DNA of 64,000 nucleotides from Eubacteriales bacterium (GTDB lineage Bacteria; Bacillota; Clostridia; Oscillospirales; QAKW01): NCBI GenBank assembly GCA_045541555.1, contig JAZQJH010000002.1, positions 13,616 to 77,615 of the forward strand, read 5' to 3'. Shown piece by piece: positions 49,159 to 57,297 of this stretch (position 1 is its first letter; each line of letters starts with the position of its first letter). The notes under the pieces were generated by a model. It saw only the letters and a program-made list of their open reading frames with translations, ran no database searches and was not told where the DNA came from. The position numbers and the translations under genes were made by a program.

Positions 49159-51654
49159 ATGGCATACGAATCTAAATCGTTTAAAGAACATCATCTTACA
49201 AGACTTCCTGTTTTGCAAAATCTTCTCGACCTCGGATGGGATAGAGGTCAAATTGTATGTCCTTCGCCTGATTCTGATGATACCGAATGGCATGTGCCTA
49301 AAACCCCTTCAGAAGCAACCAATCGTGAGGCAAAAAGAAGTTTTAAGGGTTTTCCTGTTGATATTGCAATTTTTGACGACGTTGAGTTTGTTAATGATTA
49401 CGAACATATAGTTGCAATAGTGGAGTGTAAAGAACCTAATAAAACCGAAGGTATCAGCCAATTAAAAATATATTTGGGATTAGAGCCGCATGTTCGTTTA
49501 GGAATTTGGACAAATGGAACCGAATTTGTTCGAGTATATAAACTACCATCAGCAGGCAGCTTTAAGGTAGTTGAAAACGCAGTCCTTCCCAAGCCAAATG
49601 AAAACTTAATTCTTGCTGACAATAAAAGTCTAACTTATTCAGACTTACATATCCCCACTACAAAAGAATTAAAAGTGGCTTTCTCCGCTTTGCTTGGAGT
49701 TGTGACTTCTCGTGATACTCGTTCTACTCGTCGAGAAGATCAATTAAATCAAATGTCGAATCTTTTGCTTATCAAGTTGGATTCCGATCACGATGGAATG
49801 TGGGATAAAAAGGATCCTCTGCTGTTTCAGTTAAGTGATTCTCCCGCCCAAACACACAAAAGAATCAACGAGGCATTTGCAAATTATAAAATTAAACACC
49901 CAGTTTTATTTGCAACCGATGAACCAGATACTATTGTTCTTGATTCAGATACTGTTCAAGAAATTGTACTTAGACTTCAGTCAATGAATATTGGTGAAAT
50001 GGCACCTACTGCACTTTCGATGGCATTCCAAGTGTTTAGAGATGCTACTTTGAAGTTAGGTGATGGTCAATACTACACTCCTCTTCGTGTTATTGAAGCA
50101 GGAACAGAATTAATGTGCATAACCCATAAGGATGTTGTGATCGATCCTGCTTGCGGTACTGGTGGCTTTTTATCTTCAGCCTTAATGAAGATTGTGGATA
50201 CCGGAATTAGCGAAAAAGCGGTTACTCAATGGGCGCATTATAATCTGTTTGGTGTCGATAGAGATAGAACTAACATCAAGCTAACTCGTGCTTTGATGGT
50301 TGGTATTGGTGATGGTTCTACAAATGCTCATCACGGAGACTCCCTTCGTGAAACCAAATGGAAAGGCGACACTAAAGGTATACAGTCTGTTCTGGGTGAT
50401 GGTCGATATACTGTCGTGTTAACAAATCCACCTTTCGGCAAAGATCTTGTCATAAATGCAGCTGATGCGAAAAGTTCACACCTTCAAATTTGTAAACACA
50501 CAAAAGGCGGTCAAGAATCTGATACTTATGCTCCAACCACTGAATTAGGAATTGCCTTTGTTGAACGAGCATGGAAAATACTCCAAAATGGTGGTCGATT
50601 AGGCATTGTACTTCCAGAAACATATTTTTTCTCAAAGTCGTATCATTGGTTTAGAGAGTGGATGGATAAGCACTTTATTTTGCGTGCAGCATTAAATGTT
50701 CCAATGGAGGCTTTCCAAGGCTTTTGTCGTGCAAAAACAAACTTCTATGTTTTTGAAAAAATAGGTGAAGGACGCAAAGCCGCAACGCCGAATTGGTTTA
50801 GAGATGGTTATGTTTGGGTTTCTAATGCTCCAACAATTGGTCTCAACAAAGATGGTTTGGACTTGTTTGTTGTTGATGCTAACGGCAAAAGAACTGATAC
50901 GATCGATGATAAAGCTATCATCGATGTCAGAGCAATGCTGAGTGGAGAGAGTACGGCAACATCAGGATATATCAAGTATGAGGACATGGCGAAATCTTAT
51001 GTTGCTGTTCCTACTTTTTCCGGGAATAAATCCGAGTCTGTTCTAGAAGCGAAAGTTTCCGAAAAATTACCTGGTTTTACAATGTGTACTTTAGGTAAAT
51101 TGATAGATGATGGGATTATTTCTGTACGAGGTGGTCACGGAAGTCCTTCTGCCGATGTCCGTACCGGAGATATTCCGTATATCAAGGTTGTTGACTTGCG
51201 TGCAGGTCGAGTAAATCCGAACAGCACAAACATGGTGCCGGAAACAGTAGCAAAACAGTTTTGGAATGGTGATGATAGTGGTATAAATGCATGGGAAATT
51301 GCCACACCTTCAAGAGCTTCAAAAAACATTGGAGAGCCATGTATGATTTTGCCTGGGCAAGAGAAAATGGTTCTCACAAAAGAAATACTGTTATTTTCTG
51401 TCGCTCCAGATGCACCAATAGACCCGTTTTATCTGTTTTGGGCGATGAGATTGCGTGATGTTCAAAGTCAATGGCAAAGGGTAATATTCATGCAAACGAA
51501 CCGTGAAGATTTAGGTGATCGCTATCGTCTAATTGAAATCCCTTATACAACTGACAAAAAAGCAGCTGAAAAAGTATCCGCAGGATACCGTGCTTATTTT
51601 AAGGGGCTTCATGAACTGCAACAAAAATTTGAAAGTATGAATAATGATTTATAA
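49159..51654 (+). CDS. Type IIG-like restriction-modification fusion: N-terminal PD-(D/E)xK (HsdR_N-like) nuclease, gamma-class N6-adenine methyltransferase, C-terminal HsdS-like TRD
   Basis: The nuclease-like motif is FPVDIAIFDD...IVAIVECKEP...QLKIYL...GIWTNGTEF. MTase motif I is VIDPACGTGGFL and motif IV is LTNPPFG. The C-terminal ~300 aa resemble a single target-recognition domain. Confidence 0.75.
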   Translation: MAYESKSFKEHHLTRLPVLQNLLDLGWDRGQIVCPSPDSDDTEWHVPKTPSEATNREAKRSFKGFPVDIAIFDDVEFVNDYEHIVAIVECKEPNKTEGISQLKIYLGLEPHVRLGIWTNGTEFVRVYKLPSAGSFKVVENAVLPKPNENLILADNKSLTYSDLHIPTTKELKVAFSALLGVVTSRDTRSTRREDQLNQMSNLLLIKLDSDHDGMWDKKDPLLFQLSDSPAQTHKRINEAFANYKIKHPVLFATDEPDTIVLDSDTVQEIVLRLQSMNIGEMAPTALSMAFQVFRDATLKLGDGQYYTPLRVIEAGTELMCITHKDVVIDPACGTGGFLSSALMKIVDTGISEKAVTQWAHYNLFGVDRDRTNIKLTRALMVGIGDGSTNAHHGDSLRETKWKGDTKGIQSVLGDGRYTVVLTNPPFGKDLVINAADAKSSHLQICKHTKGGQESDTYAPTTELGIAFVERAWKILQNGGRLGIVLPETYFFSKSYHWFREWMDKHFILRAALNVPMEAFQGFCRAKTNFYVFEKIGEGRKAATPNWFRDGYVWVSNAPTIGLNKDGLDLFVVDANGKRTDTIDDKAIIDVRAMLSGESTATSGYIKYEDMAKSYVAVPTFSGNKSESVLEAKVSEKLPGFTMCTLGKLIDDGIISVRGGHGSPSADVRTGDIPYIKVVDLRAGRVNPNSTNMVPETVAKQFWNGDDSGINAWEIATPSRASKNIGEPCMILPGQEKMVLTKEILLFSVAPDAPIDPFYLFWAMRLRDVQSQWQRVIFMQTNREDLGDRYRLIEIPYTTDKKAAEKVSAGYRAYFKGLHELQQKFESMNNDL

Positions 51655-51668
51655 AGGTGGTGAAAAGT

Positions 51669-52487
51669 ATGGAGAAAATCTGCAAAATCGTTTATTTTGA
51701 TGAGGAATCGGTAACTGATTACGTTCAAATCGTAGCAGGTGGCGAACTGGAAAATACAACAGAACTACTTAAAACAAGAGAAGCACAAGAGGAACAAAAT
51801 GCTCAAGCGAGTGCCAAGGTTGGCATCAGTGGTGTATTTAAGGCGCTATTAGGATGGGAAGCGAGTGCTTCAGCTGATATTTCTGGTGGCTTATCTTTTA
51901 ATAGTAGTAAAATGGTTAAAAATATAGTGAAGAATACCATTTTAACAGACTTTCTCAAAATTATAGAGGATTCAAGTACTGGAAAATCGGCATCAAAATT
52001 ACCTAAAGGTACAATTAAACAATTTAAGGGCTATAAAATATCTGCAGAAGAGGATTCTCTTTCTTATATGGTTATGGTATCTCCATACCTAAGTATGTTA
52101 AAGAGCGGTAGCTCAATTCCAGCAGGCGAGTTTAGTATAGCTGTGGATAAACTTGATAATGCTTTAAGACACGCAAAAGGCTACTATGAATTTGTCGGAA
52201 CTAAAGGGAGAAGTCGTGTTATTTTACGTTTCAATATCAACTCGTTCCGAAACAGTTATACGATTAGTGATTTGCTAAAAATGGACCTATGCATATACGC
52301 TATAAAAGTAGGTCGTACATCTCTTGAAAATTTAAACGTAAACAAAGAACTTGGGATGAATGTTTCAGTGCTTCCCAAAGATAATCCGTCATATGAAAGC
52401 GGAACAGAGACTGAGGAAAACACAACAAACAACCCTGTTTTAGATGTTTTTGATGTTCTTCTTGCGGGAGTTGAAGCAAATGACTGA
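51669..52487 (+). CDS. Uncharacterised 272-aa protein, candidate defence component (possibly DUF6414/DolA-like)
   Basis: The ATG at 51669 follows AAGGTGG, 15 nt after the RM stop. The N-terminus is KIVYFDEESVTDYVQIVAGGELE, followed by a Gly/Ser/Ala-rich amphipathic stretch (AKVGISGVFKALLGWEASASADISGGLSF). There is no clear TM helix or catalytic motif. Confidence 0.6.
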   Translation: MEKICKIVYFDEESVTDYVQIVAGGELENTTELLKTREAQEEQNAQASAKVGISGVFKALLGWEASASADISGGLSFNSSKMVKNIVKNTILTDFLKIIEDSSTGKSASKLPKGTIKQFKGYKISAEEDSLSYMVMVSPYLSMLKSGSSIPAGEFSIAVDKLDNALRHAKGYYEFVGTKGRSRVILRFNINSFRNSYTISDLLKMDLCIYAIKVGRTSLENLNVNKELGMNVSVLPKDNPSYESGTETEENTTNNPVLDVFDVLLAGVEAND

Positions 52488-53613
52488 AAAGATTATTGTT
52501 TTCTACGGATCAAAGAAAGACTTTGAGCAATTAGTATCAGAAGAAACTTCAGATGACCAAATCACTATTCCGTTTATGGAATTAATTCAACATTATAATG
52601 CTCGACTTCGTCCTAATGAGTCAGGGGTACGAGAGTCTGCATTGGCGCAAAATATCGGTGTTGACAACTGTATAGTTAGAGCTGACGACTATGGCTCAGT
52701 ATTAGAACACGTCCTTTCTAACTTCGTTACGATAGTTACATTGAATCATGATATTGGCACACTATTTGTTCATAATCCGCCAAGAAAAGTTCGTGATTCG
52801 CTACGCTCTGGATGCGGAGATGAAATAGAGTATCGATTCTCTGAGTATCCGGCTCTTTCAAGAACAAAATTGAAAGATGTTTATAGTAATGTTAATTTCG
52901 ACATACTTGGTCAATCGTCCTGCAAAAAACAAATTATTAGCGGAATGTATCGACTAATAACCAAATCAAGCAACAAACCCGTTGTATTGATGTTATATGG
53001 TCCTTCTGGCGTTGGTAAAACAGAAAGTGCCAAGAGTATAAGCAAGACAATGGGCGGTGAATTATTGAGGGTTCAATTTTCCATGATGCAAACCAACGAA
53101 GCGTATAACTACGTTTTTGGCGCAGAGCATTCAAAAAGCAGTTTTGCTCGTGACATGATGGCAAGGGAATCAAACGTTATTCTTATAGATGAGTTTGATA
53201 AAGTAAATCCTGCTTTTTATAATGCTTTTTATGAACTTTTTGATGAGGGTCGCTATGTTGACACTAACTATGATGTCGATTTAGGACAAGCCATATTCTT
53301 GTTGACTTGTAATTTTGGTAGCGTAGATGAGATTAAAAGTGTATTGGGACCAGCTATGTTCTCCCGAATTGGATGCTGCATTGAGTATGAAGAGTTAACT
53401 ACTGAGCAAAAACAGGTTATTGTTCGTAATTGGTATGATACGGTATTGAGTTCCCTAAAAGAAGATGAGAAAGATGTAATTGCTGGCACCGATATTTTAC
53501 AGTGGTTCACAAAGAACGCAGAGAGATATGATAATATTCGTATATTAAAAACCAAATTGGAAAATGCGATATTTGATAAATTGGCTGAAGCGTTTATTAT
53601 ATCTGATTCGTAA
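52480..53613 (+). CDS. ClpB-D2-like AAA+ ATPase with a novel ~170-aa N-terminal domain (possibly DolB-like)
   Basis: The start overlaps the upstream stop by 8 nt. It aligns by eye with D2 of the ClpB in this window: GPSGVGKTESAK vs [12 protein letters not shown]; VILIDEFDKVNPAFYNAFYELFDEGRYVD vs [29 protein letters not shown]; IFLLTCNFGS vs [10 protein letters not shown]; MFSRIGCCIEYEELT vs [15 protein letters not shown]. Confidence 0.75.
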   Translation: MTEKIIVFYGSKKDFEQLVSEETSDDQITIPFMELIQHYNARLRPNESGVRESALAQNIGVDNCIVRADDYGSVLEHVLSNFVTIVTLNHDIGTLFVHNPPRKVRDSLRSGCGDEIEYRFSEYPALSRTKLKDVYSNVNFDILGQSSCKKQIISGMYRLITKSSNKPVVLMLYGPSGVGKTESAKSISKTMGGELLRVQFSMMQTNEAYNYVFGAEHSKSSFARDMMARESNVILIDEFDKVNPAFYNAFYELFDEGRYVDTNYDVDLGQAIFLLTCNFGSVDEIKSVLGPAMFSRIGCCIEYEELTTEQKQVIVRNWYDTVLSSLKEDEKDVIAGTDILQWFTKNAERYDNIRILKTKLENAIFDKLAEAFIISDS

Positions 53614-53623
53614 TTTAAGATAG

Positions 53624-53664
53624 TTAGAGGTGTTGAGTTGATCAATGCCTCTAATTATTTTTTG
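53624..53664 (+). terminator. Intrinsic terminator closing the cargo operon
   Basis: ttagagg-(17 nt)-cctctaa followed by ttatttttt. Confidence 0.6.
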
Positions 53665-53697
53665 CTTAAAAAGTGTTCGTGTTACGACAAAAACCAC

Positions 53698-53727
53698 TTG
53701 ACAAACGAATGTTCTATCGTGTATACT
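53698..53727 (+). promoter_or_regulatory. Near-consensus sigma-A promoter with no ORF behind it
   Basis: TTGACA, an 18-nt spacer, then TATACT. Confidence 0.55.
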
Positions 53728-54001
53728 GAAATACCCTCACAGAGGGACTACAACTGAATATGATGTCCTCGTAGAGGTATAGTTAGGTACAAGTCCGCTA
53801 TACCGCCGGTGATCTCTTTTGAGAAAGCCGTGACTCGCCACCGTGAATTTTTTGTACTGTTTAAGGTGGAGTTGAGCCGACACAAACAGTATGGTCTTTT
53901 GAATTAATTTGAAGCCGTTATGTATGAGCATCTGATTTGAAGCGAGAGCTAAACGCTCCCGTCGATGATTAGTGTTGATACATAACGGCTTTTTGTTTTT
54001 T
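53728..54001 (+). ncRNA. Candidate ~265-nt structured non-coding RNA (unclassified)
   Basis: The promoter is at 53698-53727. Nested hairpins include ccctc/gaggg, ggtatag/ctatacc and cggtg/caccg. A perfect 14-bp stem (aagccgttatgtat / atacataacggctt) is followed by tttgtttttt. There is no plausible + strand ORF. Confidence 0.4.
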
Positions 54002-54337
54002 CTCGGACTACTTTGCCGAAATATGAATGTGACATATAACCTCAGTTGCACTTTGAAAATTGAATACCCGTTACCGAATGTAGATACTACGCCAAGACCT
54101 CTTTGAAAGAGCGAGCGAAAACGACGTGTAGCAAGATGCTATGGGTTAGGAATTAACGGACATTCGGGAGAACGGCAAAGCGCTAATAGGAGTAATTCAC
54201 CTTGAAAAGGCTCGGAGTAATTGCATCATCTTAGCGAGCAGACTGCTTGTACTCCTATCGGCGCAAAACAGTACTCGTTAGGGGTATCCCTAAAACCCAA
54301 TTCTACAAAATCAAACAAAGAAAGGAGATCAAAATCT

Positions 54338-55234
54338 ATGACACAGTATGAAATCCCAATCGAAAGTAAAAAGAAAAAATCTGCCCGTATCCCCATAGAC
54401 AAGCTGCACGACTTTGACGGTCATCCGTACAAAGTTACAGACAATGAGGATATGGACAACCTTGTGGAAAGTATTAAGTCGCAAGGTATTATCAACCCTC
54501 TTATTGTAAGGCTGAAAGATAATACTACCGATGAATACGAAGTAATATCGGGACACCGAAGATTACACGCAAGTAAAAGGGCGGGACTAACAGAAGTACC
54601 TGCCTTAATTTATCCTTATACCAAAACCGAAGCGGCGATTGCCGTTGTGGACAGCAACCTACACCGAGAACGAATATTGCCGAGTGAAAAAGCCTTCGCT
54701 TACAAAATGAAGATGGAGGCTTTGAAAGAGCAAGGTAAACGAACCGATTTAACCTCGTCGCAAGTTGCGACAAAGTCGGATACCGCTACTGAGATCGGCA
54801 AAGCGGCAAACGAAAGCCGAGACCAAGTGTTTCGGTATATCCGTTTAACCAATCTTATCCCCGAACTGTTACAGCTTGTGGATGAAGAACGAATCGCACT
54901 TACTCCTGCCGTGGAATTATCCTATCTCGCCGAGCAGGAGCAGTACGATTTAATGAGTACCATCGAGAGTGAGGACTGCACTCCATCACTCTCGCAGGCA
55001 GTACGACTAAAGAAATTATCCCAAGCATGTCAGCTTAATGCGGATATAATCTTTGCCGTTATGAGTGAAGAAAAGGCAAATCAAAAGGAACGAATAAGTT
55101 TTCCGTTTGAGGATGTTCGACGTTTCTTCCCTAAGAGTTATACCCAAAAGGATGTATACAACGCAATCCTAAAGCTCATTGGCGAAGATTATAAACGCCG
55201 TGAGCGAGCAAGAAAAAATCGTGATGAAAGGTAA
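54338..55234 (+). CDS. ParB/Srx N-terminal-domain protein (element backbone)
   Basis: 298 aa from the ATG at 54338 (RBS AAAGGAG). The ParB-N motif is EVISGHRRLHASKRAGLTEVPALI. Confidence 0.8.
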   Translation: MTQYEIPIESKKKKSARIPIDKLHDFDGHPYKVTDNEDMDNLVESIKSQGIINPLIVRLKDNTTDEYEVISGHRRLHASKRAGLTEVPALIYPYTKTEAAIAVVDSNLHRERILPSEKAFAYKMKMEALKEQGKRTDLTSSQVATKSDTATEIGKAANESRDQVFRYIRLTNLIPELLQLVDEERIALTPAVELSYLAEQEQYDLMSTIESEDCTPSLSQAVRLKKLSQACQLNADIIFAVMSEEKANQKERISFPFEDVRRFFPKSYTQKDVYNAILKLIGEDYKRRERARKNRDER

Positions 55235-55243
55235 GAAAATAAT

Positions 55244-55471
55244 ATGAAAATTATATGTGGTCTTGCACAACAAGAAAATGAGTATGTGATAAACGGAGTC
55301 AAGTATATCGTCGGTTCATCATTTCAGACTACCAAAGTTGGAAATCACCCGACAATTACCGACCGTTTCAAAAGAATTGTAACAAGTGACTTCGTACCTT
55401 TGACGGACGAATCGCCGCCGAGTAAAATGGCAGTAGAATATGTGTGTTCGACTGCCGGAAAGGAGGACTAA
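55244..55471 (+). CDS. tnpW: TnpW-like small protein
   Basis: 75 aa ending in ...STAGKED. The stop abuts the recombinase start, which is the typical arrangement upstream of TnpX-type recombinases. Confidence 0.6.
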   Translation: MKIICGLAQQENEYVINGVKYIVGSSFQTTKVGNHPTITDRFKRIVTSDFVPLTDESPPSKMAVEYVCSTAGKED

Positions 55472-57166
55472 ATGCAGTCGAAGAAAAAAGACAACGTCGG
55501 CATAACCGCTTTGTATTGCCGACTATCTCGTGATGATGGAACGGATAACGATAGCAATTCTATCGTGAATCAAAAGAAACTATTGCAAAAATACGCAAAG
55601 GAACACGGCTTTTCCAATACTCGCAGTTATGTAGATGATGGCTATACGGGAACAAACTTTAACCGCCCCGGCTTTCAAAAACTGCTTGAGGATATTGAAA
55701 TGGGATATGTAAGTGTGATTATCGTAAAGGATATGTCCCGACTCGGCAGAGATTATCTGCAAGTGGGATATTACACCGACACCTACTTTCCCGACAGAAA
55801 TATCCGTTTCATAGCAGTAAATGACTGTGTGGATAGTGCAGACGGTGAAAACGAACTTGCACCCTTTCGTAACGTTATGAACGAAATGTATGCAAGAGAT
55901 ATTAGCCGTAAGGTCAGAAGTTCTCACAGACTTCGTGGCAATGCAGGAGAGCCGTTATCTCAGCCGCCATACGGATACTTGAAATCTCCCAAAAACAAAA
56001 AGAAGTGGGTTATAGATCCCGAAGCGGCACAGGTGGTGCAAGATATATTCCGTATGTGCTTGGAGGGTAAAGGAAATGAAACCATTGCCCGAATTCTGCA
56101 AGAACGAAAGGTGTTAATCCCGATGGCGTATTGGAGAGAAAAAGGACTTGGCAGAGGCGGAAAGAAAGCACAACCCAATCCATACAAATGGTGTAAATCC
56201 ACCATAGCCAAGATACTTGCTCAACAAGAGTACTGCGGTGATGTAATCAACTTTAAGACCTATTCAAAGTCATTTAAGAACAAAGCTCGTATTCCAAATC
56301 CCGAAGAAAATGGGGCGGTGTTCAAGAATGTTCACGAGCCGATTGTTGACCGTGAAACCTTTGAAGTGGTACAGAAGCTCACCAAGAAAACCAAACGCCG
56401 AGCACCTAAAGTGGATAACGCTCCAAAGAATATGTTTTGTGATTTGCTCTACTGTGCCGATTGTGGTAGCAAGTTATGGTCACACGTAAACACCATAAAC
56501 AAGGATATTCAGTATTTCAGTTGCTCCAATTACAAGGTGGATACAAGAGGAACTTGTGAAACACGACACTATATCCGAGCCGATGCCATAGAACAAGTGG
56601 TAATGCTTGAACTAAAGCGAATGGCAAGGTTCTTACAGAGCGACGAGGAAGCCTTTGCAGACCTACTTGCTCAAAAGACACAAAAGGATATTATCAATGA
56701 GCAAAAAGCTTTACAAGGCGAACTACAACGCTGTACGGCACGAAACCAAAAGGTTGCCGAGCTTTACGAAAAGCTCTATGAGGACAATGTTTCGGGCAAG
56801 GTGACGGATGAATGGTTTATGCAGTTGTCCCACAAATACGAAGTGGAGCGTATGGAGCTAAAAACCAAGATTGCAACCCTAAACGAGAGAATAAACAATC
56901 TCGGTACTTTGCAACAGAACAAGGATCGCTTTATCAACGCTATCCGAAGATTTATGGAAATGCAAAAACTGACTGCACCACTTCTTAGGGAACTCATAGA
57001 CGAGATAACTGTTTATGAAACTGAAGGCGTTGGTAAAAATCGCAGTCAGAGGATTATGATTCATTACAAGTTTATTGGGTATATTGAGATACCCGAATGC
57101 GGAAGTAATTACAAGGCGGATACCCGAAAAGGTGTAACAGTTGAGTATATTACTAAATCCGCATAA
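55472..57166 (+). CDS. Large serine recombinase (TnpX-like)
   Basis: Resolvase catalytic N-terminus (TALYCRLSRDDGTDNDSNSIVNQKKLL), a recombinase domain, a zinc-ribbon (CADCGSKLW...CSNY...C) and a C-terminal coiled coil. Confidence 0.9.
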   Translation: MQSKKKDNVGITALYCRLSRDDGTDNDSNSIVNQKKLLQKYAKEHGFSNTRSYVDDGYTGTNFNRPGFQKLLEDIEMGYVSVIIVKDMSRLGRDYLQVGYYTDTYFPDRNIRFIAVNDCVDSADGENELAPFRNVMNEMYARDISRKVRSSHRLRGNAGEPLSQPPYGYLKSPKNKKKWVIDPEAAQVVQDIFRMCLEGKGNETIARILQERKVLIPMAYWREKGLGRGGKKAQPNPYKWCKSTIAKILAQQEYCGDVINFKTYSKSFKNKARIPNPEENGAVFKNVHEPIVDRETFEVVQKLTKKTKRRAPKVDNAPKNMFCDLLYCADCGSKLWSHVNTINKDIQYFSCSNYKVDTRGTCETRHYIRADAIEQVVMLELKRMARFLQSDEEAFADLLAQKTQKDIINEQKALQGELQRCTARNQKVAELYEKLYEDNVSGKVTDEWFMQLSHKYEVERMELKTKIATLNERINNLGTLQQNKDRFINAIRRFMEMQKLTAPLLRELIDEITVYETEGVGKNRSQRIMIHYKFIGYIEIPECGSNYKADTRKGVTVEYITKSA

Positions 57167-57250
57167 AACAAAAGAGCAGGCTTCAAAACCTGCTCCATAC
57201 ATAACGAAGAAACTCGAAATTACAAAAAAATCGAGTGTCCATAACTCAAA

Positions 57251-57297
57251 TCCGTTATGAACACTCGATATGGTCCGAGTGACAGGACTTGAACCTG
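57251..57297 (+). other. attR of the serine-recombinase element
   Basis: tccgttatgaacactcg (the element's terminal IR) is joined to atatggtccgagtgacaggacttgaacctg. From atggt onward this is identical to the tRNA-Pro 3' end at 57471-57498. Confidence 0.75.

Larger units (their letters stand above)
47756..57267 (+). mobile_element. ~9.5-kb integrated element mobilised by a large serine recombinase (TnpV/TnpW/TnpX-like, Tn4451-family-like backbone) carrying a defence-type cargo operon
   Basis: 17-bp perfect terminal inverted repeats (cgagtgttcataacgga / tccgttatgaacactcg). All genes are co-oriented and the recombinase is the last gene. The element is AT-richer than its flanks. The target is a duplicated tRNA-Pro 3' end. 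Confidence 0.8.

Noticed and set aside
53737-54051. 104-aa minus-strand ORF in the large intergenic region.
   Set aside because: It has no RBS and a highly basic, low-complexity sequence. It runs antisense through a promoter and a perfect long hairpin. It is more likely to be non-coding.
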